A stretch of DNA of 63,803 nucleotides, filler included, from Octopus bimaculoides (taxonomy: Eukaryota): assembly GCF_001194135.2 (NCBI RefSeq). It is 6 parts of 6 records of this genome, joined end to end, with 100 filler letters (N's around TTAATTAATTAA, not from the genome) between each part and the next. Parts side by side here need not be neighbours in the genome. Positions count along the whole stretch, not along the records: positions 25,688 to 47,343 come from NC_068981.1; positions 47,444 to 57,500 come from NC_068984.1; 4 more parts are not named here. One strand, written 5' to 3'. The position numbers were made by a program, and so were the translations under genes. Below the pieces are notes generated by a model. The model ran no database searches and was not told where the DNA came from. It saw only the letters and a list, made by a program, of their open reading frames with translations. Shown piece by piece: positions 38,311 through 53,015 of this stretch (position 1 is its first letter; each line of letters starts with the position of its first letter).

Positions 38311-39198
38311 TTGCGCCAATGTCAATATGTTCACTAAATGGTATCATTCTGCTAACTGGGAATGCAATCTGCTGTGGGTGCAGAGTGCATCTGCGTCTGA
38401 GCGATAATCTCGTGGATGCTATGTATTACCGGTGGCAGCGCGAGCATCTTATAACATAAATCAAGTTTTGGAAGTCAGCTGTAAAGTCAGATTTGATCTT
38501 GAATTTTTGTCCCCCTTTAAAAAGGAATTCTGATCCTTCTCGCATGGTGGGGCATGCAGTGCAATTTGGTCAACCACAACTTTTCACTTTTGCATCTATT
38601 AAGGAAGCAGATAAAGGAAGTACGGTAATAGAAATAGAAACATTTATAATCTAGGTTTGTGGATTTTTGTAGCCCGTTGAATAGGATAGGTGTGCATTTA
38701 AAGTTTTCTAAATAGTCAATTTCTTTGGTTGTCAGTTCTTTTCCATGGGTTTTAAAAAGTGAAGATACGGTTTTCCTTATTTACTTTTGGGGGTGGGTAG
38801 TTTATGATTTTTCGTAATGTTGACATTCATTAAGCTTGGATATTACTAGATGTATATAGTATAATGTGTCCATTTCTATTACCGCACTTCCTTTATCTGC
38901 TTCCTTAATAGATGCAAAAGAGAAACAAAATGTGCTTGACCAAATTGCGCTACATGCCCCATCATGCAAGAAGGATCAGAATACCTTTTTGAAGAGGGAC
39001 AACAATTCAAAATCAAATCTGACTTTACTGGTGACTCCCAAAACCTGATTTATGTTATAAGATGCTCGGGCTGCCAACGGAACTAAATAGCATACACAAG
39101 ATTATCGCTTAGACGCAGATGCACTCTGCGCCCACAGCAGATTGCATTCCCAGTATATAGAATGATAGCCTTTAATGAACATATTGACAGATGCGCAA
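38311..39198. mobile_element. Penelope-like element: two GIY-YIG fragments head-to-head around an RT N-terminal fragment
   Basis: Arms 38311-38650 (-) and 38860-39198 (+) both read C..C...F.IKSDF...NLIYVIRCSxC..YI..T...LRRR. The spacer on minus reads LTTKEIDYLENF...LFNGLQK. Confidence 0.75.
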
Positions 39199-39734
39199 AA
39201 TATATGAACTAAAACTTAGCAATTTCTAACATTCTATCGAAAGCAAATCTTGTTAAATTAAAAAAATCTAATCGTTCCCAACAGTTCTGATTCTCTCCCT
39301 TATATCGAAAAAATCCCTGATTACCTCCTCCTGTTTCGAACTCTACTACATCACACCATAACAAATAGATGTCATAACATCGGCAAAGAAATTTGAGAAA
39401 TTTGAAAAGAAAATGCAAAACTGGTTATTTCTCCAAAAACCATGTCGTTATACATAAAATTTTATAACATGTTCCTTTAAATGATATAATACAAATCATC
39501 TGTCGTTTTTTTCATTCTATTTTATTATATGTATATATANNNNNNNNNNNNNNNNNNNNNNNNNNNNNNNNNNNNNNNNNNNNNNNNNNNNNNNNNNNNN
39601 NNNNNNNNNNNNNNNNNNNNNNNNNNNNNNNNNNNNNNNNNNNNNNNNNNNNNNNNNNNNNNNNNNNNNNNNNNNNNNNNNNNNNNNNNNNNNNNNNNNN
39701 NNNNNNNNNNNNNNNATATACATACATACACACG

Positions 39735-39778
<44 letters not shown>

Positions 39779-40754
39779 CATACAAATACATTCATACATA
39801 CATATGTGAGTATACATATTCGATCTTCTTTATCAGCCTCAGAGATATTAGTAGGGAATAGTAATATGTGTACTATACATAAAGCAAAAGAGATACATGA
39901 GGTACATCGTTGAGAGATAGATAAACTTAGGTCTTTGTCTCGACACCTTATTTCTTATAGACATGCTGTGTTAAAAAGAGCAGAAGTATATGTATAGCAT
40001 CTCGATATCGTCTAGCAGCGGTGTTGACATTGCATGATACATATATGTGCCACTCTAGATTTCGTCCATATCAAGTGTCCACTATTATCTATAAGTTTAC
40101 ACAGAACTAGCTGCCACAGATAGAACAGAGCACTCATTGAAAATAATATGTGATCCCACAATTATTTGACAGAAATAATATTGTTACTTAGCCGCAATAT
40201 GTATGCCATAATTAATAATTAATTTAGAAATAACTTTTCAGGATACAAAATAGAAATGTTGCTTTCATATTTATTCATTTGTAGTCACATGTTGCTAAAA
40301 GTGAATCCATTTGTAGAGACAAGATACATTTGCATTCCAAATTTCCACTTCATAAAATATCTGTAAATATGTTTGTGTTTTTTTTAGCATTTATAAGTTT
40401 CTGCAGAACATATTTTATTTTGGAATAAATATTGAAATACTAATGTTCTGTTTCTATCATTGTTTAACATTTTTACCGATATAAATGGAGTTTGTGGATA
40501 ACAACAATTCATTTGAAACCTCAATTAACACGAAACTTATTTTAGAAGTATTTATATTCCCTGTAAAACCAGTAGTCAAGTTACAAAATATACCCTCAAA
40601 TCCGCAGTGAGATGCACGGAGACATAGTTACAGAGAGACGCACACTCGCACATACACATATGAACATGCATGTGTGAGTCTGCGTGTATTTATACACCCA
40701 CACCAACACACACAGACATATAAATATATATATGTGCATATATAAATATATATG

Positions 40755-40788
<34 letters not shown>

Positions 40789-41611
40789 NNNNNNNNNNNN
40801 NNNNNNNNNNNNNNNNNNNNNNNNNNNNNNNNNNNNNNNNNNNNNNNNNNNNNNNNNNNNNNNNNNNNNNNNNNNNNNNNNNNNNNNNNNNNNNNNNNNN
40901 NNNNNNNNNNNNNNNNNNNNNNNNNNNNNNNNNNNNNNNNNNNNNNNNNNNNNNNNNNNNNNNNNNNNNNNNNNNNNNNNNNNNNNNNNNNNNNNNNNNN
41001 NNNNNNNNNNNNNNNNNNNNNNNNNNNNNNNNNNNNNNNNNNNNNNNNNNNNNNNNNNNNNNNNNNNNNNNNNNNNNNNNNNNNNNNNNNNNNNNNNNNN
41101 NNNNNNNNNNNNNNNNNNNNNNNNNNNNNNNNNNNNNNNNNNNNNNNNNNNNNNNNNNNNNNNNNNNNNNNNNNNNNNNNNNNNNNNNNNNNNNNNNNNN
41201 NNNNNNNNNNNNNNNNNNNNNNNNNNNNNNNNNNNNNNNNNNNNNNNNNGTTTTGTAATTCAGTGTTGATAGCACTTAACGCTACAGCTTTTTCTTTTCC
41301 TTTTCTGTCTCGAACGCAGAAATTTCAATAAATTTTGTATGTGTTGTGTACAACAATCACTACACGACACATTAACGTATTAACAAAAATTCATGTCATC
41401 GCCTGCTTTCTCGTATTTCTCTTCGCTGGTGTTATTTAATTACTAAAATTATACCTAGCCTCAACTGAGTTCTCTTCTGAGTATACGAGTATATGTGTGT
41501 GTGCGTGTGTGTGTGTGTGTGCCCGTATGTCTGTGCCCGTGTGTGTGTACCCGTGTGTGTGCCCGTGTGTATGTGTGTTTGTATGTGTACTTGTGTGTTG
41601 TGTTTTTATGG

Positions 41612-41650
<39 letters not shown>

Positions 41651-41764
41651 CATGCACAAATATATATATAAATATATTTATATATGTGCAAAGATAAATG
41701 CATTCATATTTTCCTATATACATAAATATATGATGTTGTTGTTGTTTTTGTTGTTGTTCTTATT

Positions 41765-42548
41765 ATTTTAAACGTTGCACAGTATACAATACCGTAAGGT
41801 TGTTGATATAAAATATTTGGTCTACCAGGGGTTTGTATTGTTTGTCAGGTCACAGCAATGACCCCAGTCAGACAGTAATTTACGCAATATGCGTGCAGTT
41901 CCAAGTAATGCCGACCTTTGCAATACACATAGGTTGTAGGGTGTTTCGAAAGTTTTCATCAGATTCTTTATCAGATTGGCTGGTTTTGAAACCAATGCTC
42001 CGATGAGAATATGGATAGATTTTATGCTTGACTCTCGTAGCTGCCATTTCTTAGGAATCTCAATTCTCAGGTCTCCATATTTATCAACCTTCTGTTTCTT
42101 TCATGATAATATTTTGATCTCCTGGCTCTGCCCCATGAATGCTTTTCCAAGTCTCCGCCACTCTTACTCTCCGTCGTTGGTGCTCATACCACGTCTTGCC
42201 TCTCTCTAGATCCCACTTTTTGCACTGTTTCCAATGAAGCTATTTCATCTAGCTGGTCGTGTTGCCACAACATGTAGTTTTAGGCAAGTCTAGGGCACTC
42301 GTTCGTGATATGGGCAATGGTTCCTTCAGTCTATTACAGATGCGGCACTGCGGAGACACTTACTAATTCCTAAGGTTGACTCTCCAGCTTGGTCTTGTGC
42401 TGCAAGTATAGAGCTCTCGGTGTTTTTCTTTTAAGGTTCTCTTCATCAGCCAGTCCTACTTATTTTTTCCAGCAACGTCTGTTGTGACTTCATGGAATTG
42501 ATTGTATGGTCCCTTCTTGCGTAATTCTTCGATTGATTGTGTAGTCCC

Positions 42549-42550
<2 letters not shown>
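41765..42550 (-). mobile_element. 5'-truncated R4/Dong-clade non-LTR retrotransposon remnant
   Basis: DWLMKRTLKEKTESSILAAQDQA; CRIC...TIAHITNECP (CCHC); LHWKQCKKW...WYEH; LQRSALLGTA.ILRKLL C-terminus; AAT/AAC-rich tail. Confidence 0.8.
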
Positions 42551-42598
<48 letters not shown>

Positions 42599-45322
42599 TT
42601 TGTTCCCTCTTAATCTGCACATTTGATATAATCACATTTGATATAAACACAAACATTTAAATGGATATGTTTTTTCTAAGGATGTGAGCAGTATTTTCCC
42701 TTGTCTTCTAGAGGTTTCTCAGAACCTTTTTTTTTTTATCAAACCTTGGGTACCTACAATGAGGAAAACAGAATTTGCTTTAAAATGCCGCATTTTTGTA
42801 TTTTTTTTCTATTTCCATAATCTTGTAAAATTTCAGTGGGTCTCTTTTATGTCATCGCTAATGTCGCCGGATAGAATAGCCTGAAGTGTTCTTTCAAAGA
42901 TGACCAGGAAGTCACAGATCGTGATATTTTAACCTTTAACTAATGTCTGAGGATGGAGATCATCCAAGTTTGCATATATTCCCATGTAAACACTGTCCTA
43001 CCGTATCGTGGTGATTTTTGAGCACGTCGGGTGCTAGCACAGGACAGCTCGAAAACAGATGATCAATTGTTACTTCAGATTCTGCATTGTAGGACAGTAC
43101 CCTTCCCTTTACGTATCAATAGCCACAAAGGGAAATGCTCTACTGGTTAAGGTCAAGCAAATCTGTGGTGTTGGGTAGAATATTTCCTATAGCCCATAAT
43201 TTACACCAAGACGAATCATATACATGATAACGAATCCAATCAGTGATTTTTGCTACCCATGGTAACTATTAACAAAGTTTTTTGAACCGAGATAATATTA
43301 ATATATACATATATACATATTCATAAATACTTACATACATACATGGTAGATGTTAGGCATAGAGTGCAGACAACTTTATGACTGCCTCCTTCGAAGTTTA
43401 CCTCAGTTTTATGAAAGAACAATAGATCCCCACGAAGTTCGTACAGCACGAAAGGTATAAAAACGCTTACAGATCACAAATGAGTGTCACCGAAAGTATC
43501 AACCATATTAATGCCAACTACGCAAGAATATCTTCCAGGTATCATGAGGCATGTTGCGGTGCCCAGACGCGTGCTGAACAGGATAACAAAAGAATATTTG
43601 TTCACAAGAATATACATGGAACTTAGAAATGAAAATAGCCACCAGGTTAAAACACAACTGGTCAGATAGTGTTGCGTAGGACCAAAAGTAAATATATGGT
43701 GTGATGTGGATATCAGCTGTCATCTGGAAACCAATGCGGTTAGAAAAATGCAACAGACAGACATTTATGGATTATGGATCAGGAGTTTGCAAATCTAGTA
43801 CCTAAGTATCACGTGCTGCTTCATACCTATTACTATTAGAGCAACGGGATACGTACCAAGCTGTCCGAAGCGAAATAAGTCATGCGCTACAAATGATCAC
43901 GATAATTAGTCCGTTAAAAAATTACAAGACCTCATTAAGATCTAAAAGATGATAGCTGAACACAAGATGCTTTCCTTCACAGGCTTGCTAACTTGTAGGT
44001 GTGTATTCAAAAACAATTCTAAATTAAAAAGAGAAAGAGAATATACATACATATATATACATAGAGTTAGTGTTAGAGAGAGAGTGGAGATTTATATGAA
44101 TTTGCTCTTGTTAGAAAGTGGTCAAACCTATTAGTGAATAAATATTCGTGTATTAGTAGAGTTGCAAATAGACGTGAAATATTTATTAAGGTTGGTAATG
44201 AATGCATGTGATTTATATTATACTCACATTTTCCGTGTAAGCTAATTACGGAACGTAACAAGAATGTAACCAGTATCTGGTGGATATTGATTGATAAATG
44301 ATAACCTAAATGATACAACTTTCTTTGACTATTGAGAAATGATATTATATTTGATTTGGTGTAAATTGCAATCTTTCTATCAAGATAACGAACGTAACCG
44401 TATTGCGTCCGTAATATATATTCCCCGTTAGTATTTCATATGACCAAAAGCAGAAATATTTACACACAATTAATTATTCCATATTTCTAAAAACGTGGCA
44501 GTTTGTAGCTAAATGATTAAAGTATACACTTTGTAATACAATGTCAATGGTCTGATAGTAGTAGAACATATATTGTTTCTTGTTATCAAATATTTATTAA
44601 TACATTCTAAATGATGATGTGTACAGAGAAATTGTCTGTAAGCTCAAACTTAGGAAAACCATGACTGAGGATCAAGGATAATCTCAAAGCTACTCTACTA
44701 CTCTAAAGTGTCAAATATTCCGCCATAAATGTTTGAAAAGAACTGCATCTATTTGCGATAACGGGACAGATAACTTGCTAGATACAAATGGAAAAATGTG
44801 TCTAAGCTATCTGGATCCGCTGCAAAGAATCGCGAGCAAAGATGATGTATCGATGTAACAACCACTTTGTGTTATATTACCTCTCATATAACATATATAA
44901 CTTCACTTCTGATGATACGTGTATTTGCAAGTGCTTATGTTTGCGCATGCTCGTGTAACATGACTGTTGACATTTCATTCCTGTTAGAAAATGTGACATA
45001 CCAAAATTGCAACTTGGGTGGGACCAGCAATCATGTCAGTGGACTAATTCCCAAAATAATTACAGCTAATATATATATATAAGTGTGTGTGTATGTGTGT
45101 TTGTATGCATATCTGTCTCTCTCTCTCTCTCTGTATATATATATATATATATATATTANNNNNNNNNNNNNNNNNNNNNNNNNNNNNNNNNNNNNNNNNN
45201 NNNNNNNNNNNNNNNNNNNNNNNNNNNNNNNNNNNNNNNNNNNNNNNNNNNNNNNNNNNNNNNNNNNNNNNNNNNNNNNNNNNNNNNNNNNNNNNNNNNN
45301 NNNNNNNNNNNNNNNNNNNNNN

Positions 45323-45359
<37 letters not shown>

Positions 45360-45931
45360 TTCTATGTATTTAAATATATATATGTATATATATTTAAATA
45401 CATATAAATACATATAGATATACTTCTACATTTGTATGTATATATGTAGATACTTATATATGTAAATGTGTGTGTATTTTTTATAAAGCGCTAAAAAGGT
45501 AAATAAAAATATATATAATCCTCCAGCTGTACACGTCTGAACTACCAAGAGGAGATCTCTTCACTCAACTGGTTTGCAATCTCTGCATACCAGACATTTC
45601 AGGTGCAGACACTATGGCACAGAGTTTTGATATTCAGTATTCAAATAATATAGGTCTGGTGTGTGGATTATGTCGACCATACAAGGGGACTCAATTTAAT
45701 TGCCTAATTCAACATAAACTTAATTATATTTCACACACACACACACCTACACACACGCACACACTCATACACACACATGTATAAAGAAATTTTATTTACA
45801 AATGTAGTGTTGAGCATTCATTCTCATCATTTAATATTTACGTATGTATAGACACATGCAAACGCACACACACGCACGCACGCACATACACGCACGCACG
45901 CACACACACGCACGCACATACACGTCACCCC

Positions 45932-45968
<37 letters not shown>

Positions 45969-47343
45969 NNNNNNNNNNNNNNNNNNNNNNNNNNNNNNNN
46001 NNNNNNNNNNNNNNNNNNNNNNNNNNNNNNNNNNNNNNNNNNNNNNNNNNNNNNNNNNNNNNNNNNNNNNNNNNNNNNNNNNNNNNNNNNNNNNNNNNNN
46101 TTGATTCCCATTTTTTAAACATTTATGTATATATATACATACATAATTTGTTATCTCCAATGTGGTGTTGAGCATTGATTCCCATTTTTTAAACATTTAT
46201 GTATATATATACATTCATTCGCCATGTTGCGCCACTGAAATGTACATGTTTTCCCCCCTCTCTCTCTCTATGTTTATTTTCTCTTATTACTTTCTATTGC
46301 AGAGCGTAGGATCGAAACGTAAAAGCCGTTTTCATTTATCCTGAGTGTCAAATTAATACACTTGCTCTATGGACATATACCTGTCGTCTTTTGTTTTTTC
46401 ATAAATTTCATATATATACACTTACATAGATACTGAATCAGGCAGGCACAACCTCATAAACTTTTTTGTTAAGAACGATGCTTACTATCTTGGCTACCAT
46501 TAATTTACAGATGCTTTGAAAATTAGGAATAATTATCACCAATTATAGCACACAAATACAAATTAGAAAAGCATCAGAGTTGTGATTCGTAGAATTCACT
46601 AGATGGTTTTCAGTATTTGATAACATTCTTTACATTTTCAACCTACATTCCCCAAAATGAGTTTATACATGACAGGAAAATAATTGTAGTGCATATCATG
46701 CCGAAAGACATGTATCTATCCTTAATAATACATCATACTGACGGCATCAACAAAATGTTATCGTTGAAAGAAACTATTGCACAGAAATATTAATATAAAA
46801 CAAATGTGACTCCGGGGAAATTTCATTGTGTGATTTAAAATTCATTGCAGAAATTACAATCAGAGATTCAAAGAAAATTTGAAAACGATGCCACTAACAG
46901 AATGTATTTTTGATAACGGAATTAATATGTCAATTTACATTGAAATGTGTATGATGTATAAAACAATAGCAAAAAGAATGCATACGTGCACAGCAAGTAA
47001 CTAAAGATATATTTTGTAACGCAGAAGCAATCCGACTGATGATTCCTCGCATATATACATATCAGTATGCGCGTGTGTGTATACTTATATGTATACACGT
47101 ACATCTGTGTCGTGTTTCAATGTGCATGTATGTATGTGTGAGATTGCACATCACATAGTACGAAAGATATCATGTTTACCAAGTGATACAAAAATCAATG
47201 TGAATTAATTTATGCATGATTTATTATTCTGCTATTAAAGTGCTCTTCATTTGAGGATTTAAAAAGTGCTAATCACCAACGGCTTAAAGAAACACACACG
47301 CACATGCACACACACATTGATGTATATATATATATATATATAT

Positions 47344-47443
47344 NNNNNNNNNNNNNNNNNNNNNNNNNNNNNNNNNNNNNNNNNNNNTTAATTAATTAAN
47401 NNNNNNNNNNNNNNNNNNNNNNNNNNNNNNNNNNNNNNNNNNN
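47344..47443. other. synthetic scaffold linker 44N-TTAATTAATTAA-44N
   Basis: Identical to the 25588 linker. Confidence 0.95.
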
Positions 47444-48689
47444 ATATATATATATATATAATAAATATACGTATGCGTGTGTGCATTCACATGCACATGC
47501 ATGTGTGTGTGCGTATATTAGACGATCTAAGTTACCAATTTGCTCATCATGCTGAAATAAACAAAATATAAATATGTAAACTCCGGTATTTCAATGCACA
47601 CTGTTGACTATTAAATAATTGAAGAATATATTGTTACCAGAAAGAAAACGAAGATAAATATCAATATAAAGACAAAATATATATTTGACGAAGCGAAGGA
47701 TTCAACCAAGTTATTCAAGGAATCGGTGATATCGAAGAACTCGTCAGTACCATCAGCATTGCACGCCTTGCTAAACCAAGAATGACGAAGACAGTTATGC
47801 GGAAGAAGAGGCTGTCATGCAGAAATCAAAGCCACTAAAGTTTGTGTTGTACAGATACTAGACATATTTAGAAGTTGGACTGTTTTTCTTTTACTCGTTT
47901 ATTTGTTGCAGTAATTGGAGTGCGACCATGCTGGGGCATCACCTTGAAGGAATATCTTGTCGAGCAAATCGACCGCGATATTTATTTTTTTGCTTTTTAA
48001 ATCTGGTGTTTATTCTATCGGTCTCTTTTGCCGAACCACTGTGTTGCGAGGACATAAGTGTACCTACACCGGTTTGGGGAAAAACAAACAAAAACACACA
48101 AATGTTCGCACACATACAGATGTTCTCTCTCTCTCTCTCTCTCTCTCGTACACACACACATACATAGTCACACATACATATATACGACAGATTTTCATAC
48201 AGTTTTAATCTACCAATTCATTCACAAGACATTGGCCGGCATGGGGATACAGTTGAAGATACTTGACCCAGATGCCGCGCAATGGGACTGAACCCAAAGC
48301 CACAAAAGCTTCGCTGAAATCTTCTAAAAAATTGTTTAAAAAAGCCTCTTTGGAGTCAGACTAATTGCTTAACATACCAGACATCTCATACCATTTCGTT
48401 TTAAAATTGAATGACTCATTGGATGGTGTAGTTCGGGATAAACTGTTTGAAGAAAAGGATGGGATAAATCCTACACTGAAAATGTTTCAATCTAAAGTTT
48501 TCTCGATTAGAGTGGAGGACTTGATGATAAATAATAACCACATAAATATTCTAATGGACTACTCCATGAATTTCTTTCAGGTTCTACTTATTTACCATCT
48601 ACAAGAAATGTCTATATTTACATTTGACGGATATTTGTCCTCATCTTGTTTCTTTCCTACACAAGGCCCGAAATCTTAGAGGAGGAGGA

Positions 48690-49312
48690 CAGTCGATTTG
48701 ATCAACCCCAGAATGCAACTGGTACTTAATTTATTGACCCCGAAAGGATGAAAGGTAAAGTCGACCTCGGCGGAATTTGAACTCAGAACATAAAGACAGA
48801 CGAAATAACGCTAAGCATTTCGCCCGGCGTGCTAACGTTTCTGCCAGCTCTCTGCTTTATAATATACAAATATTTATTTCTTTATTGCCCACGGTGGGGT
48901 AAACATAAAGAGGACAAACAAGGACAGACAAAGGGATTGGGTCGATTACATCGACCCTAGTGCGTAACTGGTACTTATTTTATCGACTCCGAAAGGATGA
49001 AAGGCAAAGTCGACCTCGGCGGAATTTGAACTCAGAACATAAAGACAGACGAAATACCGCTAAGCATTTCGCCCGGCGTGTTAGCGTTTCTTATTTCTTT
49101 ACTGCCTACAAGGGGCTACACACAGAGGGGACAGACAAACGGATTAAGTCGATTATATCGACCCCAGTGCATAACTGGTACTTATTTTATCGACTCCGAA
49201 AGATGAAAGGCAAAGTCGACCTCGGCGGAATTTGAACTCAGAACATAAAGACAGACGAAATACCGCTAAGCATTCTGCCCGGCGTGCTAACGTTTCTGCC
49301 AGCTCGCCGCCT
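48690..49312 (-). mobile_element. head-to-tail trimer of SINE family B, CpG-intact
   Basis: Three copies of gtcgacctcggcggaatttgaactcagaacataaagacagacgaaata... Confidence 0.85.
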
Positions 49313-50301
49313 TATGATATAGAAATATTAATCCATTCGTAGTCTTATACATGACAAATCTTTGAATTCTACTGGAGATTTGTCATCACACTTTATTTTA
49401 TCATAGTATTAATTGTGTTAACTTGTCTACACTATTTAGATTCGGTGTTTTGAAACCCACTCAAAATATATTTACCCTCCTTGAAGCATTGCATCTTCGA
49501 TCTGATAGACATTTTGAAGTTTTTCAAAAACTGTGGCATATACTTCGATCAATGCATAATTTGAGTTTGTTTGATGTATATATACACAACCATTTACATA
49601 CAAACATATATACATATATTTGTGTATACGTGTGGATATATAAACATGTGTGTGTGTGTGCATATATGTATATACAGCGAGAGAATGAGGGAGATTTTGA
49701 GAGATAAAAGATGAAAACAGAGTGAGAGGTTAGAGACTTTGATGACGATAGAAGCCGGCTGAATGCCCACTGCTTGGAGATGTATCGTCTACAACCACTT
49801 TTAAGAACTTCTCGCTTCCATATGTTAAATTTCATAAAGACAAAACTTTAAACGATTGAACTGATATTTAAATATCAAAACCAATAGTGTTAGATATTTT
49901 TGTATTTGGCCTCCATCGCTTGAGAGTCGGTTTTTGTTTTGTTTAAGATCTAGTCAGTTAGCAGTTCTGCAAAGGAGATGTTTAATATAAATACTGTTGA
50001 AAGTAAGTACTATTCAGCTATCTCCTTCAAGGCAGTGCCCAAGAATGACCGAAGTCCAGTGAAATGCAACTTGTAAAAGATAAAAGATGCGTAATAAATA
50101 ATCATTATTATTAATGGCAGCAAACTGGCAGATTCGTTAGCATACTGAGCAAAATGTTTGGCTGCATTTTGCCCCGTTCCTCTTCACGATCTGAGTTCAA
50201 ATGCCATTGAGGTCGACTTTGACATTTATCCTTTCGGGGTCGATACAATAAGCACTAGTTGAACGTTGGGGGTCAATGTAACCAACTTACACACACACAC
50301 A

Positions 50302-50369
<68 letters not shown>

Positions 50370-51185
50370 CATAAAAAGGCGAGCTGGCAGAAACGTTAGC
50401 ACGCCCGGCGAAATGCTTAGCAGTATTTCGTCTGCTGCTACGTTCTGACTTCAAATTCCGCCGAAGTCGACTTTGTCTTTCATCCTTTCGGGGTCGATTA
50501 AACAAGTACCATTTTTTTCTTCTTTTTTTTTGTCTTTGATCAAGACACTTTACTTCACTCAACTGGGAAAACTGAATTGCAACTTTATTTCAATGAGTAA
50601 GCCCTGTCACATCCTGTGTCCCGCTGGATCTCTCTCAGAACTACGCTCAGAGTATGCATGTATGTGGAGTGCTCCACTACTAACACGTTGATTTCACGAG
50701 CAGGCCGTTCCGTTGATCGGATCACGTGGGACACTCGTCATCATAAACAACAGACCGCTAGTTTCTTTGTCAACTAATTCCTTTTCTCTCCCAAGTCACA
50801 CTTTACTTGTCTTTACCAAGCTAACGTGTCATACCTATCCATGCACTTTCTCTTTTTTTGTCTCTCCATTTTCCATATCTCCATAACCGCTCTTTGACTC
50901 ATTGCTTCACTAACAGCAGAGCCTTACTTCAATGATGCTACCATACGAACGCTTCATTTGGTAAAAATAATTAATGTTTGGTCTGGTGAAAATATACAAA
51001 ATGAATACATTAAAAGTATGTACTTAATTGATTCTGCAGAAACGAAGGAAAGCATTAATAATGTAAGTCCATCTTATTCCATTCTGCGACACAACACGCA
51101 CGCGCGCGTGCACACACACTCGTACAAATTTCTATATATGTGTGTGTATGTATATATATATATATATATATATATTTGTGTGTTC

Positions 51186-51257
<72 letters not shown>

Positions 51258-53015
51258 NNNNNNNNNNNNNNNNNNNNNNNNNNNNNNNNNNNNNNNNNNN
51301 NNNNNNNNNNNNNNNNNNNNNNNNNNNNNNNNNNNNNNNNNNNNNNNNNNNNNNNNNNNNNNNNNNNNNNNNNNNNNNNNNNNNNNNNNNNNNNNNNNNN
51401 NNNNNNNNNNNNNNNNNNNNNNNNNNNNNNNNNNNNNNNNNNNNNNNNNNNNNNNNNNNNNNNNNNNNNNNNNNNNNNNNNNNNNNNNNNNNNNNNNNNN
51501 NNNNNNNNNNNNNNNNNNNNNNNNNNNNNNNNNNNNNNNNNNNNNNNNNNNNNNNNNNNNNNNNNNNNNNNNNNNNNNNNNNNNNNNNNNNNNNNNNNNN
51601 NNNNNNNNNNNNNNNNNNNNNNNNNNNNNNNNNNNNNNNNNNNNNNNNNNNNNNNNNNNNNNNNNNNNNNNNNNNNNNNNNNNNNNNNNNNNNNNNNNNN
51701 NNNNNNNNNNNNNNNNNNNNNNNNNNNNNNNNNTATATATATTTGTATATATATATATATATATATATTTGTATATATATGTATATACACACATGGAAAT
51801 GGATGCGTAGCGTTCGATCATATAATAATTTAAATAATATATATATATATATATATATGCATGCATATATACATACATAAATACATGTACATACTTACCT
51901 ACATATGTATAGAACAGGAAAAAAGTGAACATGAATTACAAAAACCATGGAAAGCGAACTTTTTCTTTGAACAATGAAAGAGACAAATAGAAAAACGAGA
52001 CAGGCAACATAGAGAAGAATCCCTTCATCAGTTGTCCCCTGTTTTATCTATGCGGAGTAGCAAAGAAAAAAAAAAACTATCGCTGGCGTTATAGTTAAGT
52101 GCCGAGACCGACAAATATTATTGGTAATTAAAAACCCCAATGGAAACATCGATTACGTTACTTGGTTCGATCGGAAGATCGGCTGCCACCACATTAAAAT
52201 AAAATGATGATACCTATGAGCGAGAGTAATGAGAAGTGAACTATACATCGACTAAAGTGATCAGTTGAATGCTTAATCATACGTTCTGAGTTCTAATTCC
52301 GCAGAGGTCGACTTTGCCTTTCATCCTTTCTGAGTCGATAAATTAAGTAACAGTTGCGAATTGGAGTCGATCTAATCGACTGGCCCCTTCTCTCAAAATT
52401 TCGGGCTTTGTGCCTAGGGGAGAAAAGAATATGGCAGAGACCAGCCATCTTGTAGCTCTACAGGTCGGAAGAGATGAACAAAACACTGAAATTATATGAA
52501 TTGACTGTGCTCCTATTGTTTTTAAGTGCTTCTAAGCACACAAACAAGCTAGCTTGGTGGACTGGATGGCTAAGTGTTAAGTGTTCTTGGTATGGATATA
52601 AAACTGCCAGTAATAATATATAAATTGACACCCACTCACAAGTTGTCTAATATCCTACTGACTTAGCTAGTTACGATGTTCGTATTTAAAATATATTTAC
52701 TAAATTAAATAATCTTTATTTTCTTTTACGACGCTTCAGTTTCATATCTGAGATGCACAATTACGAATACAACCATAACAGTAATGTTGTTATATGATCA
52801 ATTCCCTTCACACTAGACAGACTGAACGTTTTTCTCTTTAAATATAATTTAATTTCTGTCAAAGTTTTCTCCAAATGAAAAGTATTCTAAAATTCACAAT
52901 AAATTAATTTTCCTTCACATCTTAGTTTCATAGGAAAAATTAATCACATTAAATCACGTATTATGATTGTATTTTTAGTTTTCTAATTGTGTATTTATTA
53001 TTTGTTATTCCAAAG

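Noticed and set aside
41940-41966. CUGAUGA...GAAA hammerhead-like boxes on the minus strand
   Set aside because: Stem II cannot form (1-nt loop) and the site lies within R4 coding remnant sequence.
45570-45612. LIM-like peptide HLKCLVCRDC on the minus strand
   Set aside because: Flanked by in-frame stops with no convincing splice sites; likely chance.
48365-48679. 104-aa plus-strand ORF
   Set aside because: Starts at a non-ATG codon, has no recognisable domain or splice support, and is flanked by SINE fragments.
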